DNA of 36,163 nucleotides from an uncultured Clostridia bacterium (lineage in GTDB: Bacteria; Bacillota; Clostridia; UBA1381): the NCBI GenBank assembly GCA_944391255.1, contig CALXSW010000205.1:1-36163 (forward strand), given 5' to 3'. Position numbers and translations under genes: made by a program. This document shows, piece by piece, positions 1-9,181 of this stretch. The notes under the pieces were generated by a model that saw nothing but the letters and a program-made list of their open reading frames with translations, did not search any database and had not been told where the DNA came from. Every line of letters begins with the position of its first letter. Within the stretch, counting starts at the first letter, position 1.

Positions 1-48
1 GCATGCTACACAGTAATTTTTATCTACAAACGCATAAAGTTTTGCCAT
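1..48 (-). CDS. 5' end (first 16 codons, MAKLYAFVDKNYCVAC) of a gene that runs off the left edge. Possibly a Cys-rich Fe-S/ferredoxin-type protein.
   Basis: ATG at 48-46 on the minus strand is preceded by GGAGGTGG (61-54). The frame stays open to position 1 and shows CxxC at the edge. It is absent from the ORF track because it is truncated. Confidence 0.4.
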   Translation of the reverse strand, partial: MAKLYAFVDKNYCVAC

Positions 49-215
49 ATCGTCCACCTCCGATAGCTGTATTTTATATATTAGGTATAACATATATGGA
101 GCGTAATGTCAATATTTTCTGTGTGAAATAAAAAATCTGGCGTAATATAACATGAAAAACATATATAAAAATATAATAAATATGTATAAAAAACGAAGAA
201 AATTGTGTAGAATAC

Positions 216-244
216 TTGACAATTACACCCAAAGAATATATAAT
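216..244 (+). promoter_or_regulatory. sigmaA-type promoter for alaS
   Basis: TTGACA (216-221), 17-nt spacer, TATAAT (239-244). This leaves only about 45 nt of leader before the alaS ATG. Confidence 0.6.
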
Positions 245-294
245 AAATACAATTGGGTTTAATTTGTTTTAAGCATGGAAAGGAATGAATATTA

Positions 295-2931
295 ATGAAA
301 TATATGGGAGTTAATGAAATTCGAGAGAAGTTTCTTAGCTTTTTTGAATCAAAGGGCTGTTTGAGATTGGGCAGCTTTTCACTTGTACCGAAAAATGACG
401 CGAGTCTTTTACTTATAAATTCAGGTATGGCGCCGATGAAGAAGTGGTTTACAGGAGCAGAGGAGCCGCCAAGACATAGAGTTACAACGTGTCAGAAGTG
501 TATAAGAACAGGCGACATCGAAAACGTGGGTAAGACAGCTCGTCACGGCACGTTCTTTGAAATGCTTGGTAATTTCTCTTTTGGTGACTATTTCAAGAGA
601 GAGGCTACATCATGGGCGTGGGAGTTCTTCACAAAGGTTATGGAGATACCGGTTGAAAAGCTTTGGGTATCTATATATGAAGATGATGATGAAGCGCGCG
701 ATATATGGATAAACGAAGTGGGCGTTGCCCCAGAGAGAATTGTTAAGCTGGGCAAGGAAGATAACTTCTGGGAACACGGCACAGGTCCTTGCGGCCCATG
801 TTCTGAAATATATTATGACCGCGGTGAAAAGTACGGCTGCGGCTCTCCTACATGCGGTGTAGGCTGTGACTGTGACAGATTTATGGAAGTTTGGAATCTT
901 GTATTCACTCAGTTTGATAAGGATGAGGAAGGCAATTATAACCGCCTTGCAAATCCTAATATCGATACGGGAATGGGCCTTGAAAGACTTGCGGTCGTTA
1001 TGCAGGATGTAGATAACCTGTTTGAGGTCGATACGGTTCAGGATGTTATTAAGCATATATCAAGCATCGCGGGCGTTGATTATAAGACAGATGAGAAAAA
1101 GGATATATCATTAAGAGTTATAGCCGATCATATACGCTCTACTGTAATGATGGTTTCAGACGGCGTTATACCTTCAAATGAGGGCAGAGGATACGTTTTG
1201 AGAAGACTTTTAAGACGCGCGGCTCGTCATGGCAAGCTTCTTAATATAGACCGTCAGTTCCTCTATGAGGTAGCGGAAACGGTTATAGAATGTTCAAAGA
1301 CGGCTTATCCGGAGCTTGAGGAAAAGAAGGATTATATAACAAAGATAATAAAGAAAGAGGAAGAACGATTTGATGCCACTATAGACAACGGTATCATTGT
1401 TCTTAATAAATATATCGAAGAGGCTAAGGCGGCAGGAAAGAACAATATATCAGGAGATGCCGCATTCAAGCTTCATGACACATACGGTTTCCCTCTTGAT
1501 CTTACGATCGAGATGGCTGAGGAGCAGGGACTTGAAGTTGATGTTGACGGATTTAACGCGGCTATGACTGAACAGAAGCTTACAGCTAAAAATGCTCGTA
1601 AGGACGGTTCAAGCTGGGATGATGATACGGCGTATGACTTCAAGGATATAGCAAAGACAGAATTTGTCGGTTATACAGAGCTTGAGTCAGAAGCAGATGT
1701 CCTTGCAATGGCTATTGAGGGAGCAGGCAATGTGGATATGATAATGGACGGCCAGAAAGCGTATATAGTTACGGACAAGACTCCGTTCTATGCTGAAATG
1801 GGCGGACAGACAGGTGACATAGGTACAATATCTCAGAATGGCGCTGTTGTGGCAAAGGTATTGAACACGACAAAGACAGGAGAGGGCATATATGTTCATG
1901 AGATAGAGGCTGAAGCGGAGATCACAGGCGGCAAGGTGACAATGACAGTTGATAAGGAAAATAGAATGGCTGTCAGCAGAAACCATTCCGCAACTCATCT
2001 TTTGCACAAGGCGCTCAAGGAAATTCTCGGCACACATGTAGCACAGGCGGGATCGCTTGTTGATAAGGATCATCTCAGATTCGATTTTTCACATTTTGAA
2101 GCGATGACTACAGAGCAGATCAAAGAGGCGGAAGAAAAGGTAAATAACGCTATTCTTGAATGTCTGCCGATAGTTGTTAAGGAGCTGCCTATTGATGAGG
2201 CAAAGAAGCTCGGAGCGGAAGCTCAGTTTGGTGAAAAGTACGGCGATGTCGTAAGAGTTGTGTCGATGGGCGACTGGAGCATTGAATTCTGCGGTGGTAC
2301 TCATCTTACAAATACAGCTCAGTGCGGTTTATTTAAGATAAAATCAGAAAGCGGCGTTGCGGCAGGCGTAAGAAGAATAGAAGCTGTAACTGGACGCGGA
2401 GTTCTTGATATGATCTCATCATATGAAAATGTTCTAAACAGCACAGCGTCGGCTCTTAAAACTAACAGGATAATGGAGCTTGACAAGAAGGCTGAAGCGG
2501 TAATGGCTGAAAATAAGGAGCTTTCGAAGAAGATAGAAGGTTTCAATGATAAGCTCGCAGCTATGCGCACTCAGAATATGATGGCAGGAATAAAGCACCT
2601 CGGCGAGGTAAATATTCTCACGGCTCAGGTAGATGGAATGAACGCTGACGAAATGAAGGCTTTAGGCGACAATGCTAAGTCTAATATGGAAAACGGCGTA
2701 GTAGTTCTTGCGTCAAACACAGATGGCAAGATAACATTTGTCGCAATGGCAATGAAGGAAGCCGTAGCAAAAGGCGTTCACTGCGGAAAGATCATAAAGG
2801 AAATAACTGAAATTTGCGGTGGCCGCGGCGGTGGTAAGCCTGATATGGCACAGGGCGGAGGCAAGGACGCATTGAAGATAGATGACGCTCTGTCAAAGGT
2901 CGATGAAATTGTACTTGGTCAATTGAAGTAA
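295..2931 (+). CDS. alaS: alanine--tRNA ligase
   Basis: 878-aa ORF with N-terminal NEIREKFLSFFESKGC, editing-domain HxxxH (SATHLLH) and CGGTH motifs, and a C-terminal GGGKPDMAQGGG (DHHA1-like) tail. GGAAAGGA lies upstream of the ATG. Confidence 0.97.
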   Translation: MKYMGVNEIREKFLSFFESKGCLRLGSFSLVPKNDASLLLINSGMAPMKKWFTGAEEPPRHRVTTCQKCIRTGDIENVGKTARHGTFFEMLGNFSFGDYFKREATSWAWEFFTKVMEIPVEKLWVSIYEDDDEARDIWINEVGVAPERIVKLGKEDNFWEHGTGPCGPCSEIYYDRGEKYGCGSPTCGVGCDCDRFMEVWNLVFTQFDKDEEGNYNRLANPNIDTGMGLERLAVVMQDVDNLFEVDTVQDVIKHISSIAGVDYKTDEKKDISLRVIADHIRSTVMMVSDGVIPSNEGRGYVLRRLLRRAARHGKLLNIDRQFLYEVAETVIECSKTAYPELEEKKDYITKIIKKEEERFDATIDNGIIVLNKYIEEAKAAGKNNISGDAAFKLHDTYGFPLDLTIEMAEEQGLEVDVDGFNAAMTEQKLTAKNARKDGSSWDDDTAYDFKDIAKTEFVGYTELESEADVLAMAIEGAGNVDMIMDGQKAYIVTDKTPFYAEMGGQTGDIGTISQNGAVVAKVLNTTKTGEGIYVHEIEAEAEITGGKVTMTVDKENRMAVSRNHSATHLLHKALKEILGTHVAQAGSLVDKDHLRFDFSHFEAMTTEQIKEAEEKVNNAILECLPIVVKELPIDEAKKLGAEAQFGEKYGDVVRVVSMGDWSIEFCGGTHLTNTAQCGLFKIKSESGVAAGVRRIEAVTGRGVLDMISSYENVLNSTASALKTNRIMELDKKAEAVMAENKELSKKIEGFNDKLAAMRTQNMMAGIKHLGEVNILTAQVDGMNADEMKALGDNAKSNMENGVVVLASNTDGKITFVAMAMKEAVAKGVHCGKIIKEITEICGGRGGGKPDMAQGGGKDALKIDDALSKVDEIVLGQLK

Positions 2932-2990
2932 GAAAATCCCGCTTGCAGTGGGTTGAGGCATTTAAATAAATGCCTATAAATGACAATTAT

Positions 2991-3030
2991 AGGCAATTGT
3001 GTGTTTCTGCGCGCAATTGCCTGTTTTTTT
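2991..3030 (+). terminator. rho-independent terminator after alaS
   Basis: AGGCAATTG (2991-2999) pairs with CAATTGCCT (3014-3022) and is followed by T7 (3024-3030). A second hairpin, AGGCATTT-aaat-AAATGCCT, sits at 2956-2975. Confidence 0.8.
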
Positions 3031-3059
3031 AAAAATTTTAAATGTAAGGAGGAAAAAAG

Positions 3060-3584
3060 ATGTACAAAAAGCCATCTATACCGTTTAAAGGCACGAAAAC
3101 ACAGGAAAATGAACTGCGTGACTTTATACTTCAGGAAAAAGATGTGCCGGGCGCGCTTATGCCGGTACTTCAAAAGGCACAGGAGATCTATGGCTATCTG
3201 CCGATAGAAGTGCAAACGATCGTTGCTGATATGCTCGGTCTGTCGCTCAGTGAGGTCTATGGTGTCGTAACGTTCTATTCACAGTTTTCGCTTAATCCGA
3301 AGGGCGATCACAGAATAAGTATCTGCCTTGGAACCGCGTGCTATGTAAAGGGCGCGGATAAGATACTTGAAGCTTTGCAGGAAAAGCTCGGTATAAAGGT
3401 AGGTGAATGCACCCCTGACGGAGTATTCTCACTTGATTCATGCAGATGTGTCGGAGCGTGCGGACTCGCGCCTGTAATGATGGTTGACGATGATGTATAC
3501 GGAAGAATGACTGTAGATCAGATCGACGGTATTTTGCAGAAATACATATCGAAAAATCATGAGTTTAGAAAAAGAAAGAAATAA
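3060..3584 (+). CDS. hydC: NuoE/HndA-like thioredoxin-type [2Fe-2S] subunit of a NAD(P)H-linked [FeFe] hydrogenase
   Basis: 174 aa with Cys pattern CLGTAC ... CRCVGAC. RBS AAGGAGGA. It sits directly upstream of the NuoF-like and HydA genes. Confidence 0.9.
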   Translation: MYKKPSIPFKGTKTQENELRDFILQEKDVPGALMPVLQKAQEIYGYLPIEVQTIVADMLGLSLSEVYGVVTFYSQFSLNPKGDHRISICLGTACYVKGADKILEALQEKLGIKVGECTPDGVFSLDSCRCVGACGLAPVMMVDDDVYGRMTVDQIDGILQKYISKNHEFRKRKK

Positions 3585-3596
3585 GGAGGTAATGTA

Positions 3597-5480
3597 ATGC
3601 TTAGTATTGACGAACTTAATAAAATTCGCGAAAGCAAAAAGAAGCTTGTTGAAATGCGTCATCACGGCGACGGCGCGCCGAAGGGCTGCGCTTATAAATA
3701 CCAGGTACTTGTATGCGGCGGTACAGGCTGTACCTCCTCAGGAAGTAAGAAAGTAATAGAAACTCTCGAAGAGGAAATAAAGAAGAATGGTCTTGAGAAA
3801 GATGTTCATATAGTAAGAACAGGCTGTTTTGGTCTATGCTCTCTCGGACCTATAATGATAGTATATCCGGAAGGCTCATTCTATGCGAGAGTAACTACGG
3901 ACGAGATACCTAAAATCGTTGAGCAGCATCTTAAGAACGGAAAAGTCGTAAAGGAAATGCTTTACGAGCAGACTGTAAAAGAGGATGGAACAGTCATATC
4001 ACTTGATGAAACTGACTTTTATAGAAAACAGCTCAGAGTCGCGCTCAGAAACTGCGGCGTTATAGACCCTGAAGATATAGAAGAATACATAGCTACAGGC
4101 GGATATCAGGCGCTTGCAAAGGTACTGACATCGATGACGCCTGATGATGTAATAGATGTACTGTTAAAATCCGGACTTCGCGGAAGAGGCGGCGGCGGAT
4201 TCCCTACAGGCCGCAAATGGGCATTTGCAAAGGCATCACAGGACGATCAGAAATATGTATGCTGTAACGCCGATGAAGGTGACCCTGGCGCGTTTATGGA
4301 CCGTTCAATACTTGAGGGTGACCCGCATTCAATACTTGAGGCTATGGCTATAGCAGGATATACGATAGGCGCGGATAAAGGTTATATATACGTCCGTGCA
4401 GAATACCCTGTAGCGGTAGAAAGACTTAGAATAGCAATAGCTCAGGCTGAGGAATACGGACTTCTCGGTGACGGCATATTCGGAACGGATTTTTCATTCA
4501 GAGTGGAGCTGCGTCTTGGTGCCGGAGCGTTTGTCTGCGGTGAGGAAACAGCGCTTATGACATCTATAGAAGGTCACAGAGGCGAGCCGCGTCCGCGTCC
4601 GCCGTTCCCGGCCGTAAAGGGACTTTTTGGTAAGCCGACAATACTCAACAATGTTGAAACATATGCGAACATACCTCAGATAATAACAAAGGGAGCCGAA
4701 TGGTTCGCAAGCATGGGTACGGAAACGTCAAAGGGAACAAAGGTATTCGCGCTTGGCGGAAAGATCACGAATGTAGGTCTTGTTGAAGTACCGATGGGAA
4801 CAACGTTGAGAGAAATTATAGAGGAAATAGGCGGCGGCGTGCCTGACGGCAAGAAATTCAAGGCAGCTCAGACAGGCGGACCGTCGGGCGGATGTATACC
4901 GGCTTGTCATATCGATGTGCCTATAGACTATGAGCATCTTATGGCTTTAGGATCGATGATGGGTTCAGGCGGACTTATAGTTATGGACGAGGATACATGT
5001 ATGGTCGATATAGCTAAGTTCTTCCTTGAATTCACTGTTGATGAATCATGCGGAAAATGTACACCGTGCCGAATCGGAACAAGACGTCTTTATCAGTTCA
5101 TAGACAGGATAACAAAGGGCAAGGCGGAAATGGAAGATATCGCAAAGATAAAAGAGTTGTGCGCTCACATGAAATCGACATCTCTCTGCGCTCTTGGTCA
5201 GACAACGCCAAACCCTGTAATATCCACAATGCATTATTTTGAGGACGAATATATAGCTCATGTCAAGGATAAGACATGTCCGTCAGGAGTATGTAAGGAT
5301 CTTCTTAAATATCAGATACTGCCTGATAAGTGTAAGGGTTGTACGCTGTGCGCGAGAAACTGTCCTGTTGACGCGATTTCAGGCGCTCCAAAGAAACCGC
5401 ATGTTATCGATAGACATAAGTGTATAAAGTGCGGATTGTGTATGCGTAACTGTAAGTTTGATGCGATCGTGAAGAAATAA
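3597..5480 (+). CDS. hydB: NuoF/HndC-like flavoprotein subunit (FMN, NADH, Fe-S) of the hydrogenase
   Basis: 627 aa. N-terminal 2Fe-2S module (VCGGTGC...CFGLC), GRGGGGFPTG, ESCGKCTPCR, and a C-terminal 2x[4Fe-4S] region (CKGCTLCARNCP, CIKCGLCMRNC). RBS AAGGAGG. Confidence 0.93.
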   Translation: MLSIDELNKIRESKKKLVEMRHHGDGAPKGCAYKYQVLVCGGTGCTSSGSKKVIETLEEEIKKNGLEKDVHIVRTGCFGLCSLGPIMIVYPEGSFYARVTTDEIPKIVEQHLKNGKVVKEMLYEQTVKEDGTVISLDETDFYRKQLRVALRNCGVIDPEDIEEYIATGGYQALAKVLTSMTPDDVIDVLLKSGLRGRGGGGFPTGRKWAFAKASQDDQKYVCCNADEGDPGAFMDRSILEGDPHSILEAMAIAGYTIGADKGYIYVRAEYPVAVERLRIAIAQAEEYGLLGDGIFGTDFSFRVELRLGAGAFVCGEETALMTSIEGHRGEPRPRPPFPAVKGLFGKPTILNNVETYANIPQIITKGAEWFASMGTETSKGTKVFALGGKITNVGLVEVPMGTTLREIIEEIGGGVPDGKKFKAAQTGGPSGGCIPACHIDVPIDYEHLMALGSMMGSGGLIVMDEDTCMVDIAKFFLEFTVDESCGKCTPCRIGTRRLYQFIDRITKGKAEMEDIAKIKELCAHMKSTSLCALGQTTPNPVISTMHYFEDEYIAHVKDKTCPSGVCKDLLKYQILPDKCKGCTLCARNCPVDAISGAPKKPHVIDRHKCIKCGLCMRNCKFDAIVKK

Positions 5481-5494
5481 GGGGGGTGACTCAT

Positions 5495-7228
5495 ATGGTA
5501 AACTTGAAAATAAACGGCATGAAAGTCAGCGTACCTGAGGGTTATACCATTCTTCAGGCCGCTAAGGAAGTTAATGTTGAAATTCCTTCTCTCTGTTATC
5601 TCAAAGATGTGAACTGCATAGGCTCATGCCGCGTGTGCGTTGTTGAGGTAAAGGGAAGAAGAGGTCTTGTAGCATCATGCGTATACCCTGTAGAAGAGGG
5701 TATGGAGGTGTTTACAAATACTCCGGCTGTAAGAGAGTCAAGAAAGACTACAATAGAGCTTATTCTGTCAACACATCATAAGAAGTGTCTTTCGTGCGTT
5801 AGAGGAAACAACTGTGAATTGCAGAAGATAGCGTTTGACTATGGTGTTGACGAGGATAGATTCGTTCAGGAAGAGATACAGTATGAGATAGATGATCATT
5901 CGCCTTATATAATACGCGATAAGAACAAGTGTATACTTTGCCGCCGTTGTACAGCAGCGTGCAATAAAATACAAGGCATCGGCGCTATAGGCGAGATCGG
6001 CAGAGGATATAAGGTCCATATAGACTGCGCTTTCGAAAAGAGCCTTGGAGAGGCTCCTTGTGTCGGCTGCGGACAGTGTATAGTTGCGTGTCCTGTAGGC
6101 GCTCTTAATGAAAAGAGTAATATCGATGATGTATGGGACGCGATTGCTGATGAAAAGAAAAAGGTAATATTCTTTACAGCGACGTCTATAAGAGCGACTC
6201 TCGGAGAATGCTTTGAAAGACCTATAGGCACTAATGTGGAAGGTCAGATGGTTGCGGCTATACGTCGTCTCGGCGTTGACAGCGTGTTCAATATGGACGT
6301 CACAGCCGATCTCACGATAATGGAAGAAGCGACAGAGTTTATTGAGAGAATAAAGAACCGTGAAACGCTGCCGATGTTCACAAGCTGCTGTCCGGGCTGG
6401 GTAAAATTTGTAGAGCATTATTATCCTGAATTTATACCTAACATTTCGACATGTCAGTCACCACAGCAGATGTTCGGAGCTGTGCTTAAATCATATTATG
6501 CTCATAAGATGGGTATAAATCCGAAGGATATGTTTGTTGTGAGCGTTATTCCATGTACAGCGAAGAAGTTTGAATGTACGCGTTCAGAGGAAAATACATT
6601 TGATTTCAGAGATGTTGACGTTTCGCTTACAACGCGTGAGCTTGCAAAGATGATAAAGGGCGCGGGCATTAATTTCAATGATCTTCCGAATGAAAAATTC
6701 GATGATCCGTTTGGAATAGCGTCAGGCGCCGGAGCAATATTCGGAGCTACAGGCGGAGTTATGGAGGCGGCTCTCAGAACGGCTGCCGATATTATCGATG
6801 GACCGTCAAATAAAAAGCTTGAGTTCAAAGAGGTCAGAGGAACGCAGGGTATAAAGGAAGCTAATTATACCTTGGGCGGCAAGACGTTCAGAATAGCCGT
6901 TGTATCAGGTCTTGCAAATGCGAGAACAGTTCTTGACGGTTTGAAGTCGGGCGAAAGAGCATATGATTTTGTTGAGGTTATGGCATGTCCTGGCGGCTGT
7001 ATAAACGGCGGAGGTCAGCCGATACAGGGCGACAGTGTGCGTAACTATGTAGATCTTAAGACTCTGCGCGCTAAGGCACTTTACACAGCTGACAAGAGAA
7101 TGAAGCTCAGAAAATCTCATGAAAGTCCTGTAATAAAAATGCTTTATGACGAGTACTTTGACGCTCCGGGAAAACATCGTGCTCACAGACTTCTTCATAC
7201 AACATACGTAAAGCGTGAAAAATTCTGA
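5495..7228 (+). CDS. hydA: [FeFe] hydrogenase catalytic subunit (group A3-like, NuoG-type N-terminus)
   Basis: H-cluster signatures TSCCPGW, PCTAKKFE and MACPGGCINGGGQP, plus N-terminal 2Fe-2S and 4Fe-4S Cys clusters. I prefer ATG 5495 (GGGGGGTG about 7 nt upstream) over the ORF-track GTG at 5486. Confidence 0.95.
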   Translation: MVNLKINGMKVSVPEGYTILQAAKEVNVEIPSLCYLKDVNCIGSCRVCVVEVKGRRGLVASCVYPVEEGMEVFTNTPAVRESRKTTIELILSTHHKKCLSCVRGNNCELQKIAFDYGVDEDRFVQEEIQYEIDDHSPYIIRDKNKCILCRRCTAACNKIQGIGAIGEIGRGYKVHIDCAFEKSLGEAPCVGCGQCIVACPVGALNEKSNIDDVWDAIADEKKKVIFFTATSIRATLGECFERPIGTNVEGQMVAAIRRLGVDSVFNMDVTADLTIMEEATEFIERIKNRETLPMFTSCCPGWVKFVEHYYPEFIPNISTCQSPQQMFGAVLKSYYAHKMGINPKDMFVVSVIPCTAKKFECTRSEENTFDFRDVDVSLTTRELAKMIKGAGINFNDLPNEKFDDPFGIASGAGAIFGATGGVMEAALRTAADIIDGPSNKKLEFKEVRGTQGIKEANYTLGGKTFRIAVVSGLANARTVLDGLKSGERAYDFVEVMACPGGCINGGGQPIQGDSVRNYVDLKTLRAKALYTADKRMKLRKSHESPVIKMLYDEYFDAPGKHRAHRLLHTTYVKREKF

Positions 7229-7296
7229 TAAGCGCTTATGCCAGTTAGGCGCAATAAAACGAAACAGATACATAATTTGAAAGGAGCGATCGATAG

Positions 7297-7638
7297 ATGG
7301 CAGATTGTATTTTTTGCAAGATAATAGCCGGTGAAATACCGTCAACAAAGGTTTTTGAGGATGAAACTATGCTCGCGTTCCGCGATATAGATCCTCAGGC
7401 GCCTGAGCATATCGTAATAGTTCCTAAGGCTCATATAGAGTCTACTAACGATATAAATGTTACAAACAGCGGATTTGTGGCGGCTATTTTTGAAAAAATA
7501 CCTCAGATCGCGGCAAACTGCGGATTTGCCGAGGATGGATACAGAGTAGTTAATAACTGCGGCAAAAATGGCGGACAGACTGTACCGCATCTTCATTTCC
7601 ATCTTATGGGCGGCGCGGCAGCCGGAAAAATGTATTGA
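7297..7638 (+). CDS. HIT (histidine triad) family nucleotide hydrolase
   Basis: 113 aa with the HLHFHLMGG triad motif and an N-terminal CIFCKI zinc motif. RBS GAAAGGAG. Confidence 0.92.
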   Translation: MADCIFCKIIAGEIPSTKVFEDETMLAFRDIDPQAPEHIVIVPKAHIESTNDINVTNSGFVAAIFEKIPQIAANCGFAEDGYRVVNNCGKNGGQTVPHLHFHLMGGAAAGKMY

Positions 7639-7652
7639 TCATATTATTAAAA

Positions 7653-7686
7653 ATGAGGGGGCGTCTTGGAACGCCGCCTCATTTTA
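7653..7686 (+). terminator. rho-independent terminator after the HIT gene
   Basis: ATGAGGGGGCGT (7653-7664) pairs with ACGCCGCCTCAT (7671-7682) in 11 of 12 positions, followed by TTTT. Confidence 0.75.
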
Positions 7687-7840
7687 AGTTATTGGATAAT
7701 TATAATGATCTTAGGATGAAGATGTACTTTGATATGATCAATAATAATTGCAGTAATTAAATAAATAGTATTTTATACGCGTAATAAGCAGAATGACAAT
7801 TTCTGTTATTGAGATTTAATTTATTGAATGGAGGTTTTTT

Positions 7841-9130
7841 ATGAAAAAAATAGGTTTATTCGCCGGATCTATAGGTATTGTGTGCGGCGCGATGCTATCT
7901 GTTTCAGCGCTTGCTGCGCCGGCTGATGTGGTTGTGAGTCTGCATATAGATGATCCGATCATGGAAGTAAACGGAATAGATATGGAGATCGATGAGGGCA
8001 GAGGAACAAGCCCTGTTGTGCTTAACGACAGAACTATGGTGCCTATAAGGGCGATCATAGAGGCTTTCGGAGGTACGGTAGGATGGGATCAGGATTCACA
8101 GTCTGTTATGCTGTCTATGAATGATGATAATATAATATTGGTCATAAACAGTGATACCGCGTATCTGAACGGAACAGAATACACGCTTGACTCGGCGCCT
8201 GTTGTTATAAACGATAGAACTATGCTCCCGATACGTTTTATTGCGGAGGGTTTTAATCTCGGCGTGGCTTGGGACGGTGACACTCAGACAGTTTCTGTGA
8301 TAAGAAATCAGTTTGATGAGCAGGAATATGAATACGTCATGAGCGCTGTCGCTGATTATTCAGGAACTCCGTATACGGTGATAAACAACAATGAGCCTTT
8401 GTTTAAGGATTATGAGATAATATCAGGCTCGTTTGAGTATTATAGTGATCTTGATGAATTGGGACGCTGTGACGTCTGTATGGCGTCTATAGCGGCTGAT
8501 ATAATGCCTGTAGAGGAAAGAGGAGATATAAGTGATGTAAAGCCTACCGGATGGATAAACAAGCAGTATGATGTCGTTTCGGGCGGATATCTGTATAACA
8601 GGTGTCATCTTATCGGGTTCCAGCTTACAGGTGAAAACGCAAATGAAAGAAATCTGATAACGGGAACAAGATATATGAATGTTGAGGGAATGCTGCCGTT
8701 TGAAAACATGGTTAACGATTATGTGGACGCTACGGGAAATCATGTTATGTACCGTTCAACACCTGTATTTACTGGAGATAATCTTGTGGCTGACGGCGTG
8801 CTGCTTGAGGCGTATTCGGTTGAGGACAGCGGAGCGGGGATAACATTTTGCGTGTACTGCTACAATATACAGCCTGATATAAATATTGACTATTCAACAG
8901 GCGAAAGCTGGCAGGACAGCGCGGTGGCAATACCTGACGTAGGCAATGCGCCGAGTGATGAAAACGCGTCAAATGACAATGGAGCGGAAAGCTTTTCAAA
9001 TGTTTACAGAACTCCAACTGGAAAGAGGTATCATCTTGATCCGGAGTGCGGCGGAAAAAACAGCTATGAGGTAACGCTTGAAGAAGCCGAAGCCGCAGGG
9101 CTTACGCCATGTCAGAAGTGCGCTCAGTAA
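7841..9130 (+). CDS. secreted DNA/RNA non-specific endonuclease (EndA-like beta-beta-alpha-Me type) with two N-terminal CAO-N repeats and a C-terminal His/Cys motif
   Basis: Signal peptide MKKIGLFAGSIGIVCGAMLSVSALAAP. Repeats DRTMVPIRAIIEAFGGTVGWD and DRTMLPIRFIAEGFNLGVAWD. Nuclease core YNRCHLIGFQLTGENANERNLITGTRYMN. Tail GKRYHLDPEC...PCQKC. Confidence 0.85.
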   Translation: MKKIGLFAGSIGIVCGAMLSVSALAAPADVVVSLHIDDPIMEVNGIDMEIDEGRGTSPVVLNDRTMVPIRAIIEAFGGTVGWDQDSQSVMLSMNDDNIILVINSDTAYLNGTEYTLDSAPVVINDRTMLPIRFIAEGFNLGVAWDGDTQTVSVIRNQFDEQEYEYVMSAVADYSGTPYTVINNNEPLFKDYEIISGSFEYYSDLDELGRCDVCMASIAADIMPVEERGDISDVKPTGWINKQYDVVSGGYLYNRCHLIGFQLTGENANERNLITGTRYMNVEGMLPFENMVNDYVDATGNHVMYRSTPVFTGDNLVADGVLLEAYSVEDSGAGITFCVYCYNIQPDINIDYSTGESWQDSAVAIPDVGNAPSDENASNDNGAESFSNVYRTPTGKRYHLDPECGGKNSYEVTLEEAEAAGLTPCQKCAQ

Positions 9131-9138
9131 ATCGCATT

Positions 9139-9178
9139 AAAAAAGACTCTATACCCGAGAGAAGTATAGAGTCTTTTT
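9139..9178. terminator. bidirectional terminator between the convergent nuclease and L,D-transpeptidase genes
   Basis: GACTCTATAC (9145-9154) pairs perfectly with GTATAGAGTC (9164-9173). It is flanked by an A6 run and a T5 run. Confidence 0.85.
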
Positions 9179-9181
9179 GCT

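Noticed and set aside
61-215. Tiny ORFs (11-33 codons) in the AT-rich divergent region upstream of alaS
   Set aside because: None has a Shine-Dalgarno site. The region is better explained as two divergent promoters.
610-1056. Long antisense or shadow ORFs inside real genes (e.g. 610-1056, 5768-6418, 6905-7348, 19046-19510, 22055-22507, 30783-31244, 31345-31812, 31878-32462)
   Set aside because: Each lies entirely opposite or out of frame to a confidently identified conserved gene. None has an RBS, and their compositions are typical of antisense frames.
2919-3215. ORFs of 98 aa (minus) and 75 aa (plus) across the alaS-hydC junction
   Set aside because: They cross the terminator hairpins and overlap the hydC start. 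Neither has an RBS and both have implausible Arg/Lys/Cys/Phe-rich sequences.
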